Shown in pieces: positions 29,645 through 42,746 of a DNA stretch of 64,000 nt. Position 1 is the first letter of the stretch, and each line of letters starts with the position of its first letter. The position numbers and the translations under genes were made by a program. This DNA is from an uncultured delta proteobacterium (GTDB lineage Bacteria; Myxococcota; Myxococcia; Myxococcales; Myxococcaceae), in assembly GCA_963713045.1 (NCBI GenBank), contig CAVQKE010000007.1, positions 448,001 through 512,000 on the forward strand, given 5' to 3'. The notes under the pieces are model-generated. The model had not been told where the DNA came from, did no database searches, and worked only from the letters and a program-made list of their open reading frames with translations.

Positions 29645-30589
29645 TCAGGCGATGGAGATGCGGCTTTTCTGCCGTCGGGCATCGCTGGTCGCTCCGGCGA
29701 CGACAATGCGGTTTCCACCCTCCAGCCGGGCTTGCTCCAGGGCCTCCTCGGCGCCGTCCATCAGGGCGCCGAAACTCAACTGGCCGGTGTTGCGAAGCGG
29801 GTCATGGGTGGCGACTCCCACCGAGGCGGTAATGAAGGTTTCCCCGAGGCCGGACAAACCTTCCTGAAGACGCGCCGCCACCTCCTGGGCGCCCGTCACC
29901 GGCGTGTGCGGCAGAAAGGCCACCCAGCTGGCGAGCCGGTAGGGCGCCACCAGGTCCACCTCCCGCAAAGCAGCGACCAGCCGCTCCAGCACGGCATCGG
30001 ACAGTTCCTGAAGACGGGCCACCTCCTCGGGGTCCGTGGCGTCGCCGAAGCCGTCCAGGGACACCACCACCAGGGACACGGGGTAGCGGAAGCGCCTCGA
30101 GCGTTTCACCTCCCGCACGAGGAGGGAGCGGAAGGTTTGGAAGTCGGCCGACGTCTGGGCCGTCAGCTCGGGTTCGCTCCCCTCCGCCGAGTCGGCCGTC
30201 GGCCCTGGAAGGATGCGGCCTTCCAAGTCGTGCAGCTTGAGGACATTCTTGACGCACGAGAGCACGGTACCGGCTTTGAGCGGCCCCACCAGGCAGCCGT
30301 CCGCCCCAGCCGTGGACGAGCGCTCGTCCGCGTTGGCCTCATCCGGCGGATAGACGAGCACCACCGCCGGGCTGGAGTCCCGCGCCTTGAGCGCGGTGCA
30401 CAGCCCCTCGCCATCAAACAATGGGGATTCGCTCGCCAGGACGAGGTCCACCTTCTCGCTGGCGAGCAGCGCCAGGGTCTCCTCCTCGGTCCGGGCTACC
30501 CGCACGGCGTACTTGCCGGCGAGGAAGCCGCGCAGCGCGTTGGCCACCGGCGCCGAAGGTTCAGCCAGAAGCACGCGGGCGGCGGTCAC
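29645..30589 (-). CDS. Pseudo-receiver + degenerate GGDEF domain protein
   Basis: REC fold lacking the phosphoacceptor (VDLVLASES); REVKRSRRFRYPVSL, LREVD, LPHT, TASVG, EGGNR; GGDEF replaced by YRLASW. Confidence 0.8.
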   Translation of the reverse strand: MTAARVLLAEPSAPVANALRGFLAGKYAVRVARTEEETLALLASEKVDLVLASESPLFDGEGLCTALKARDSSPAVVLVYPPDEANADERSSTAGADGCLVGPLKAGTVLSCVKNVLKLHDLEGRILPGPTADSAEGSEPELTAQTSADFQTFRSLLVREVKRSRRFRYPVSLVVVSLDGFGDATDPEEVARLQELSDAVLERLVAALREVDLVAPYRLASWVAFLPHTPVTGAQEVAARLQEGLSGLGETFITASVGVATHDPLRNTGQLSFGALMDGAEEALEQARLEGGNRIVVAGATSDARRQKSRISIA

Positions 30590-31149
30590 ACCTCCATGAC
30601 CTCCTTCTCCTTCTTCTGCACAATCTGGTCGACCTGCGCGATGCCGCCGTCCGTCTCCTTCTGAGTGCGGGTCTCGGTGCGCTTCGACTCGTCCTCCGAA
30701 ATTTTCTTGTCCTTGAGGAGGGCCTTCAGCCGTTCGTTCGCATCGCGCCGCTCATTGCGGACCGCCACCCGGTGGTCTTCGCCCTTGGTGCGGACTTGCT
30801 TGGCAATGTCCTTGCGCCGCTCCTCGGTGAGCGGGGGGATGGGGAGGCGGATGAGCTCGCCATCATTCATTGGAGTGAGGCCGAGGTTGGCTTCGCCCAG
30901 CGCCTTCTCAATCTCTTTAATCAGGCCCTTCTCCCACGGTTTGATGGTGATGAGACGCGGCTCCGGCACTGCGAGGCTGGCGACGCCCGTCAGCGGGGTA
31001 GGCGTCCCGTAGTAGTTCACTCGGACGCCTTCCAGGACGCTGAGCGAGGCGCGCCCGGTGCGGATTTTGGAGAGCTCCTTTTTGAGGTCCTCCATCGTCC
31101 GGTCGATGCGAGCCTTCAGGTCCTTCACCACATCGTCGGTCACGGCCAT
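30586..31149 (-). CDS. frr: Ribosome recycling factor
   Basis: IRTGRAS, YYG.PTPL, PPLTEERRK, RNERRDAN, KEKEVMEV. Confidence 0.98.
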   Translation of the reverse strand: MAVTDDVVKDLKARIDRTMEDLKKELSKIRTGRASLSVLEGVRVNYYGTPTPLTGVASLAVPEPRLITIKPWEKGLIKEIEKALGEANLGLTPMNDGELIRLPIPPLTEERRKDIAKQVRTKGEDHRVAVRNERRDANERLKALLKDKKISEDESKRTETRTQKETDGGIAQVDQIVQKKEKEVMEV

Positions 31150-31185
31150 CGCCCTTGCTCCTCGCTCGCCGCCCTGGAGGGCCTT

Positions 31186-32709
<1,524 letters not shown>

Positions 32710-32817
32710 TGCACTCGTCTCCAGCGCGCGCGGGGCCGCCCACGCCAGACCGGGAGGGGCCCTGGGGGGGGACAACGGCCTCCCAAGGGGGATGGGCTCT
32801 CGGCGTTGGGTGCTTGG

Positions 32818-32876
32818 CCCCCCAGGCGCCCTGCTTGGGGTTGGTTGCGCGGCGCTCGGGGGTCCCCCCAGGCGCC
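32818..32876. repeat. 13-bp direct repeat in the rpsB-tsf spacer
   Basis: CCCCCCAGGCGCC at 32818-32830 and 32864-32876. Confidence 0.5.
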
Positions 32877-32886
32877 TCCTTCAAAC

Positions 32887-33876
32887 TCAGGCCTGCTCGA
32901 CCTTGGCGTCCACCGGGGCCTCTGCGGGCGCCTCCGGGCTTTCCTCGGGAGGCGTGTCCAGAGTGCCACTGGTGGGCTGACCCTTAATCTCCACCAGGGG
33001 TCCGCGGCGCTCGCCGGCTGGCGCTCCCACCCGGCGGTCGCTGCGCCGGGCATTGGCGAAGCGGCGGTCCTCGCGCGGACGCTCCTCGCGCCCATCTTGC
33101 TCGTCCCGCTCGCTGGCGCCCGAGGCCTTGTAGCGGGCCATGCCCTCCAGCGCAGCGTCGGCGACCTTCCCGGTGAAGAGCTTGATCGCGCGGATGGCGT
33201 CGTCGTTGCCGGGGATCACGTAGTCAATCCCTCGGGGTCGCAGTTGGTGTCGACCACGGCGATGACGGGAATGCCCAGTCGGCGGGCCTCGTGGACGGCG
33301 ATGTGCTCCTTCTTCGGGTCGACCACGAAGACGCGCCCGGCAGGCTTCGTCATGTCCTTGATGCCGCCCAGGTTTTTCTCCAGCTTCTCGCTGCTCCCGC
33401 TGCAGCGCGGCCACTTCCTTCTTCGGGAGGCGGTCGAAGGTGCCGTCCTCGGCCATCTTCTCCAGCGTCTTGAGCCGGTCGATGCGCCTGCTTGATGGTG
33501 CGGAAGTTGGTCAGCATCCCGCCCAGCCAGCGCTGGTGACGTAGAACTGGCCGCACGCGCTGCGCCTCCTCGCGCGATGGCGTCCTGGGCCTGCTTCTTG
33601 GTGCCGACGAAGAGGACGCTGGCCGCCCCGGGCGGTGACGTCAGCGACGAAGCGGAAGGCGTCGCGAGCAAGCGTCACCGTCTTCTGCAGGTCGATGATG
33701 TAGATGCCGTTGCGGGCGCCGAAGATGTACGGCTTCATCTTCGGGTTCCAGCGGCGCGTCTGGTGGCCGAAGTGGACGCCGGCCTCCAGCAGTTGCTTCA
33801 TGGTGATGCCGCTGGGGGCGGCGATGGCCTGGGCTTGGACGTCGGTTGCTTGCGGCTCTTGAACTTGTGCTTCCAT
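32887..33876 (-). CDS. rpsB: 30S ribosomal protein S2; several frameshifts between ~33230 and 33630
   Basis: [67 protein letters not shown] spread over several frames. Confidence 0.95.
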
Positions 33877-33879
33877 GAG

Positions 33880-33985
33880 GTTTTCGGTTGCTCCGCCACA
33901 CCCGTCAGCGGCCGGCTCCTTCGACGCCCCGGCCCAAACGGCCCGGAGCGCCACCTGAGGAGTCTCCTCGGGGCGTGTGTGAATT
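33880..33985 (-). ncRNA. rpsB 5' leader (t44/S2 autoregulatory RNA-like)
   Basis: Minus strand CACACACGCC...GGGTGTGG closing stem with internal hairpins, directly upstream of the rpsB ATG. Confidence 0.65.
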
Positions 33986-34102
33986 TGGAAAGTGCTGCTT
34001 AACCGGAGAGGGGAGGTGCGTGCAGCCAGGCTCACCTAACCCGGGGAAGGGGCTCGTTACCACCCCCGGGTGCGTCGGTGCAAGTCGGCGTACCGCCTCG
34101 GG

Positions 34103-36931
<2,829 letters not shown>

Positions 36932-37014
36932 GTAGGAGGTTTATAGCGAGGGAGGGGCCTCGGGCGCCCGGGGCCAACGCTACGCCCTATTCCACGCCGG
37001 GCCCGGTGTGCGCC

Positions 37015-38154
37015 ATGAAAAAGCCTCTCAAGGTACAGCGCAGGCGGCAGCGCGCAAGCTCGCGGTCGACGGATGGCTGGGTGTCCCGCGACTTGGCGCC
37101 GGGCGAACCGCCCCGCCACAGCCAGCGTCCGGCTGCTGGTCCAGACAGGCCCGCGCCGCCTGGGCCCGGGCCGGCGCGGCCGCCCGCCCTCGGCGCTTGG
37201 CTGTGGACGTGTCGGCCAGGCTTCGAGGTGCACCTCCAGCAGGAACTGGCCCGCGCGGGCTGCAGCCCCGAGGTGCTGGGCCCAGGGCTGGTGTCTTCGG
37301 CGAGGCGGCCGGCGGTGGATGCGGCGTTTGCGCGCGCCGGCTTCCTCGTCCGGGCCCGTGCAGCCGGGCCGCTGGAGGCGGCCGTGGAGGCGCTGGCCCC
37401 GCGGCTCGCCCGGGCCGGCCCGTTGACGGTGCGCGTCTGGACTGCGGACTCCGAGGAGGGGCAGAAGCTTGGGCAGACGGCACGTGCGCTGGAGGCCGCG
37501 CTGCAGGGCGCGCCCGGCGTGCAGCACCGGGATGACGGCGTCGCGCCCTTCGGGGAGGTGGCGCTGGTGGGGACAGCCGGCGCGTGGACAGCCGTCTTTG
37601 GCATTGTCCCCCGCGAGGAGGCGGTGAGTTGGTCTCCCGCCGGCCGCCAGCGCATGCACCGTGGCCACGGCCTTCCCTCGCGCGCCGGGCTGAAGCTGGA
37701 GGAGGCGTGGGCACTGTTGGGCCTCCGCCCCGCGCCGGGGGAGACATGTGTGGACTTGGGGGCGGCGCCGGGCGGCTGGACCGCCCGGGCACTGCACCAC
37801 GGCGCTCGGGTGGTGGCCGTGGACAGGGCGGCCCTGGCACCGGACGTCGCCCGGCACCCGCGGCTCCGTCACCTGCGCGAGAGCGCCTTTGCCTATGTGC
37901 CGGAGGAAAGCGTGGACTGGCTCCTGTGCGACATGGCGTGGCGGCCCCTGGAAGTGGCGGCACTTCTGGCACGCTGGGGACGCGCTGGGTGGGCCCTTCA
38001 CCTGGTGGCCAACTTCAAGCTGCCGATGAAGGACAAGGTGGAGACGCTGGCCAAGGCCCGGCGCCTCCTCGAGGAGGCCGGTTGGAAAGCCGTCCGCTTC
38101 CGACAGCTGTACCACGACAGGGACGAAGTGACGGTGCTGGCGCGAAGCCGCTAA
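37015..38154 (+). CDS. rlmM: 23S rRNA (C2498-2'-O) methyltransferase RlmM-like
   Basis: CRPGFE, PSRAGLKLEEA, VDLGAAPGGWT, VDWLLCDM, NFKLPMK, QLYHDRDEVT. Confidence 0.85.
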   Translation: MKKPLKVQRRRQRASSRSTDGWVSRDLAPGEPPRHSQRPAAGPDRPAPPGPGPARPPALGAWLWTCRPGFEVHLQQELARAGCSPEVLGPGLVSSARRPAVDAAFARAGFLVRARAAGPLEAAVEALAPRLARAGPLTVRVWTADSEEGQKLGQTARALEAALQGAPGVQHRDDGVAPFGEVALVGTAGAWTAVFGIVPREEAVSWSPAGRQRMHRGHGLPSRAGLKLEEAWALLGLRPAPGETCVDLGAAPGGWTARALHHGARVVAVDRAALAPDVARHPRLRHLRESAFAYVPEESVDWLLCDMAWRPLEVAALLARWGRAGWALHLVANFKLPMKDKVETLAKARRLLEEAGWKAVRFRQLYHDRDEVTVLARSR

Positions 38155-38213
38155 CAGGTGCAGTGGGGGGCTCGCGCGCCAGGGCCTCCGGCGGCTAGGA
38201 GTGGGGCCCGCCA

Positions 38214-38942
38214 ATGGACTACACGCTCGACGACGCCACCGTAGCCAAGCTGCTTCGCCTTCAGCCTTGGGTGAAAAGCCGTCCCCCGGGGCACCACGTG
38301 GCCCTTGCCCTGTCCGCCCTCCTGGACGCCGAGTCCTGCCGGCAGGGGGGCCCGGACCCCGTCTCTGGGGCCCTCAACATCCTCTTTCTCACCCAGGGCA
38401 GCCTGTTGCGCCCGGAATATGACGTCTCCATCCATGCCCATGTCCCCTGGGAGGTGGGCCTCCTCACAGTGGACGTGGTGGAGCTCATCCGCGTCAACCA
38501 AGTGGCCGGCTTCAAGGTGGGCGACGCGCTGTTGCGCGCGGTGGCCGACTGCCTTGCGGCCACGTTTCCGCGCGCTCCAGTGGTGCGCATCCACACCGAC
38601 TGCTTCGCCGTCCTCTTCGTCCCATCCTCCGAGACTGACGTCACCGAGGAGGTCCGCACCGCCGCCCGCGCGGCGCTCGGCCGCGCAGCAGTCGACTTCC
38701 GCAGCGCCGAGGCGCGACTGCCGGAGCCCTTGGACTTCACCCTGGGCTTGGCTCGCCTGCGCGTCCTGGACCCTTCCCACTGGCAGGTGCTGGGGCCGCT
38801 GGTGTGGGCCGAGGCCGAACGGACGCACGTGCTGGCCCGGGTGGGAAAGGGCAACGACGTGCTGCTGCGGACGCTGGACCTCTCCGGCCGGGTGGCCGTG
38901 GAGCCGAGCGACCGCGAGGCGGCTACTCGTCGTCGAGAATGA
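38214..38942 (+). CDS. Standalone degenerate GGDEF/nucleotide-cyclase-fold protein
   Basis: VDVVELIRVNQVAGFKVGDALLRAVA; signature position reads RIHTDCF; 20-nt tail-to-tail overlap with the M23 gene. Confidence 0.7.
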   Translation: MDYTLDDATVAKLLRLQPWVKSRPPGHHVALALSALLDAESCRQGGPDPVSGALNILFLTQGSLLRPEYDVSIHAHVPWEVGLLTVDVVELIRVNQVAGFKVGDALLRAVADCLAATFPRAPVVRIHTDCFAVLFVPSSETDVTEEVRTAARAALGRAAVDFRSAEARLPEPLDFTLGLARLRVLDPSHWQVLGPLVWAEAERTHVLARVGKGNDVLLRTLDLSGRVAVEPSDREAATRRRE

Positions 38943-39852
38943 ATTTCCGGGGATTTTCCGGAAGCCCATTCACCCGCACTTCATAGTGCAGGTGCGGGCC
39001 GGTGCTGCGGCCGGTGTTGCCCACCGCGCCAATGAGGTCGCCTCGATGGACATGGTCGCCCGGATGGACTTCCACTTTGCTCAAGTGGCCATAGCGCGTC
39101 TTCACGCCGTAGCCATGGTCAATGACGAGGACGTTGCCGTAGCTGCCTTCCAGGCCGGCAAAAATCACGGTGCCGTCTGCCGGAGCCGTCACCTCCTTGC
39201 CGTGCGGCGCGGCAATGTCCAGGCCCTCGTGCATGACGCGCTCGGCGGTGTACGGGTCCGTGCGCTGGCCGAAGTCGCTGGTAATCCAGCCGCGCGCCGG
39301 CCAGACGCTGGGCGTCGAGGCGAGAAGACTCTTCTGCTCTAAAAAGTAGGCCTGCAGCTGTTGGAGGCTTTGCTCCTGACGTGCGGCCTCGGTGCCAAGA
39401 GTCTCCAGCTTGGCGGCGAGCGCTTTCGGGGACTCGGCGACCTGCGAGGGCGCGGTGAACTCGGACTCGCTGCTGCTGGGCGGCGCGCCCTTGGTGGTTT
39501 CCATGGCCGTTGGGCCCAGGGCCAGGTTGCGTTGGGGGTCCGACAGCAGCGTCACCGCGCGAAGCTTTTGGTCAAAGCGCTCCACCCGCTCGAGGGTGGA
39601 GGCCATGTGCTCAACGTGCTCGCGGAAGCTCTTCAGCTGCGTGCGGAGCGCGAGGTTTTCGTCCCTCAGCGCGCGGTTCTCAGAGGCGCGGTACAAGAGG
39701 TGTGTGTAATGCACAGCGGCCACCGCCAGCACCATCACCAAGAGCGCCGCTCCAGCCAACAGTCGTCGGACGAGGGCCTTGTCCACCTGGTAGCGGCGGA
39801 CGGCCTGGTCATGCTCGGGGACGACGATGAGGGTGAAGCTCTTCTTGGCCAA
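38923..39852 (-). CDS. M23 family metallopeptidase (TM + coiled coil + M23)
   Basis: TPSVWP, HEGLD, RYGHL, GNTGRSTGPHLHYE. Confidence 0.92.
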   Translation of the reverse strand: MAKKSFTLIVVPEHDQAVRRYQVDKALVRRLLAGAALLVMVLAVAAVHYTHLLYRASENRALRDENLALRTQLKSFREHVEHMASTLERVERFDQKLRAVTLLSDPQRNLALGPTAMETTKGAPPSSSESEFTAPSQVAESPKALAAKLETLGTEAARQEQSLQQLQAYFLEQKSLLASTPSVWPARGWITSDFGQRTDPYTAERVMHEGLDIAAPHGKEVTAPADGTVIFAGLEGSYGNVLVIDHGYGVKTRYGHLSKVEVHPGDHVHRGDLIGAVGNTGRSTGPHLHYEVRVNGLPENPRKFILDDE

Positions 39853-39985
39853 AGCCTTGGCTCCCTGGTTGCCCCCCGGCATCAGCGTTTGAGCATACCC
39901 CGAGCGCGCCCCTTCCCTGCAGCGTTTCTGTCTACTGCCGGGCGGGTAAGCAGCTCGGCGTCGGTAGCACCTGCTTCCTTACACG

Positions 39986-40819
39986 TCAAGGTGAGCGCGC
40001 TAACCGGCTGGTGTGTGCTTCAGGCCCGTCGTCGGGCTCGGCGCGCACCGCGATGACGGTGATGTTGTCGTCTCCGCCCCGCTCATTGGCCAACTCAATC
40101 AGCTTCGCCGGAATCTCGTCGAGCGGGTTGGCGCGGACAATCTCAAAAATCTCCTGATCCTCGAGCATGTTGGCCAGGCCGTCGGAGCAGAGGATGAAAA
40201 CGTCGCCCGCCTCGGCCAGCAGGCCCATCACGTCCACCTGGACCTCCTCTTCGAAGCCCACCGAGCGTGTAATTATATTGCGGTAGCGGCTGTGGCGCGC
40301 TTCTTCGGGCGTAATCATCCCCGCCTTAATTTGTTCATTGACGAGGCTGTGGTCCTCGGAAATTTGCTGGATGAGGTCTCCGCGCACGAGGTAGGCGCGA
40401 CTGTCGCCGACGTGCGCGAAGAAGGCATGCGCGTCATCCAGCAGCAGCGAGATGACGGTGGTGCCCATGCCGGCGAGGTCCGGGTCCTCCTGGGCTCGCG
40501 CGAAAATGGCCAGGCAGGCCTGTTCCACGGCGCTGCGGATGGTTTCCGGGACGGGCGACTCTTGCAGGTTGGTCGCCGGAGGGTGCGCCTTCTCGGCGGC
40601 CCGCAAGTCCCGAAGCCGCTTGTCAATGGTTTCCACGGCAATCCGGGAGGCGGTGCCCCCGCCAGCGTGCCCACCCATGCCGTCCGCCACGACATACAGC
40701 TGCAGTTCCTCATCAATGAGGAAGCTGTCCTCGTTGTGGTCGCGCTTCCTGCCGACGTCCGTCAGGCCTGCAGAGGCGGCCTTCAACCGGACAGGAGCTC
40801 GCTCAGCCGGGGCACCCAC
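39986..40819 (-). CDS. PP2C-family Ser/Thr protein phosphatase
   Basis: [44 protein letters not shown]. Confidence 0.95.
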   Translation of the reverse strand: MGAPAERAPVRLKAASAGLTDVGRKRDHNEDSFLIDEELQLYVVADGMGGHAGGGTASRIAVETIDKRLRDLRAAEKAHPPATNLQESPVPETIRSAVEQACLAIFARAQEDPDLAGMGTTVISLLLDDAHAFFAHVGDSRAYLVRGDLIQQISEDHSLVNEQIKAGMITPEEARHSRYRNIITRSVGFEEEVQVDVMGLLAEAGDVFILCSDGLANMLEDQEIFEIVRANPLDEIPAKLIELANERGGDDNITVIAVRAEPDDGPEAHTSRLARSP

Positions 40820-40861
40820 GCGGCCAGGGATGCTACGGCACCGCTGGAAGAAGGGGCAAGG

Positions 40862-42580
40862 TTAGCGTTGAGGAGATGTGCTGGGCTGGGGACGGGGGCA
40901 CCCGGGGCCAGCTGGCCGCCGGGACGCGCCGGCGCCCTTTAGCAGCGCCTCAGCGGCCTGCATGGCGGCTTCACTCACTTTGACGCCGGACAGCATGCGC
41001 GCCAGCTCGGCCACGCGCGGGGCCCCTGGGCTAAGCGAGTTGACGGCGGAGGCCGCGCGCCCACGGGCCAGGGTTTTGTGGACGACGAGGTGCGCGTCGG
41101 CGTGCGCCGCCACCTGCGGAAGGTGGGTGACGCACAGCACCTGCCGGCCCTGCGCCACTTCCCGGACAAGGCGTCCCACCGCGTCCGCGACCGCCCCGCC
41201 GACGCCCGCGTCGGCCTCGTCCAGCACCACCGTTTCGCAGGCGTCCCGCTCGAGGAAGACGCGGCGAAGCCCGAGGAGAAGCCGGGAGGCCTCGCCGCCG
41301 GAGGCCACCCGTTGCAAAGGCCGGAGCACCTCGCCGGGGTTCGCGCAGAAGAGGAATTCCACGTCGTCCGCGCCCTCGGGGCCGAGGCCGTCTGCCGCGG
41401 CCACCTCGACGCGGAAGCGCGCGCCTGCGAGGGCCAGCTCGGCCAGCACCGTCTGGACGGCTCGGCCCAGCGTCGCCGACGCGCGCTCTCGCTCCGTGCG
41501 CAGCGCCCGGGCCGCGTCCCATGCGGCAGACTCCAGCAGGCCGCGCCGGGTGCGCAACCCCTCCAGCGCCTGTTGCCGGCCGGCCAGCCGCTCGGCCTCA
41601 GCGCGCAGGGCCTCGGCGCGGGCGAGGACACCCGCCAGGTCCCCCCCGTGCTTACGGCACAGCCGGCGCAGGGCGTCCAGCCTGTCCTCCACCTCGAGGA
41701 GGCGTTGGGGGTCTGCCTGTAGCCGGCCGAGGTAGGTGCGTAGACTGGACGCGGCGTCTTCCAACTCGGCGCTTGCCGTGCGCAACGCAGTGGTTGCCGG
41801 CAGAAGCGACGTGTCCTTTTGGAGGGCCTCCTCCACAGTGGCGCGCGCCCGGGCCGCTGACTCGGTGGCGCCGCCCTCTTCGCCAAGGCGCACCAGGGCC
41901 TCCTCCGCGGCAGCGCGCAGACGCTCCACCGAAGCCAGACGGCGGCGCTCCTCCTCGAGGCGGGCTTCCTCGTCCACTGAAGGCGCAAGCCGCTCCACCT
42001 CTTCCAGCTGAAAGCGCAGGAAGTCGAGGCGCTCCTCCGCGCCATCGGCGCCGCCCAGGGCCTCCAACTCCCTGTCCACGGCGTGAAGTGCCGCGTACGC
42101 CGCCCGGTAGACGTCACGCACCAGCGGCACGCGCCCCGCCCGGTCCAACAGCGAGCGCTGGAATCCCGGCTGGAAGAGGGCGACGTGGGCGTGTTGGCCG
42201 GCAACATCGAGAAGCCCTTGCAGCAGCTGGCCGAGGAGGCCCACCGTCGCCAGTCCTCCGTTGACGTGCACCCGGCTGCGGCCGCCTTTTCCGACAGCGC
42301 GCCGCACCGAAACTTCCTCGCCTGCGTTTGGCAGGCCCAGCGCCAGAAGGCGCTCGCCCAGCGCCGGGGTCCTCTGAAAGACGGCTTCCACCACCGCCTC
42401 TTCGGCCCCGGCCCGTACCACCCTCGCGTCGGCGCGCACTCCGAGGAGGAGGCCGAGCGCCTCCACCACAATCGACTTGCCGGCGCCCGTCTCTCCCGTC
42501 AGCACCGTCAGCCCGGGTCCAAAGCTGATTTCCACCTCCTCGACGACGGTGAAGTGGTGAAGGCGTAGGGCAAGCAACAT
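40862..42580 (-). CDS. recN: DNA repair protein RecN
   Basis: [49 protein letters not shown]. Confidence 0.96.
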   Translation of the reverse strand: MLLALRLHHFTVVEEVEISFGPGLTVLTGETGAGKSIVVEALGLLLGVRADARVVRAGAEEAVVEAVFQRTPALGERLLALGLPNAGEEVSVRRAVGKGGRSRVHVNGGLATVGLLGQLLQGLLDVAGQHAHVALFQPGFQRSLLDRAGRVPLVRDVYRAAYAALHAVDRELEALGGADGAEERLDFLRFQLEEVERLAPSVDEEARLEEERRRLASVERLRAAAEEALVRLGEEGGATESAARARATVEEALQKDTSLLPATTALRTASAELEDAASSLRTYLGRLQADPQRLLEVEDRLDALRRLCRKHGGDLAGVLARAEALRAEAERLAGRQQALEGLRTRRGLLESAAWDAARALRTERERASATLGRAVQTVLAELALAGARFRVEVAAADGLGPEGADDVEFLFCANPGEVLRPLQRVASGGEASRLLLGLRRVFLERDACETVVLDEADAGVGGAVADAVGRLVREVAQGRQVLCVTHLPQVAAHADAHLVVHKTLARGRAASAVNSLSPGAPRVAELARMLSGVKVSEAAMQAAEALLKGAGASRRPAGPGCPRPQPSTSPQR

Positions 42581-42646
42581 TGGGACGGCACTCCTCGTAG
42601 GGCCTCTCGGCGAGAAACACGTCCACCCTAGCGCTGCAAGCCGACA

Positions 42647-42662
42647 CTGGACAAGTTTTCAG
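42647..42662 (-). promoter_or_regulatory. LexA (SOS) box, myxobacterial type, upstream of recN
   Basis: Minus strand CTGAAAACTTGTCCAG(T) matches 15/17 positions of the M. xanthus consensus CTRHAMRYBYGTTCAGS (recalled); overlaps a TTGTCC-N18-TAGGGT promoter candidate. Confidence 0.7.
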
Positions 42663-42746
42663 TAGTCGTTGAAGGGCCGGAGAACCGGACCGAGGGAATG
42701 GCGGCCCCTCGGCGCCGGCCGGCGAGGGGAGTTCCGCGGGGGCGGG

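Noticed and set aside
32710..32886. G/C-run-rich rpsB-tsf spacer as a CRISPR or REP array
   Set aside because: Only two copies of a 13-bp low-complexity repeat, with no regular repeat-spacer series and no cas genes. No CRISPR array was seen anywhere in the window.
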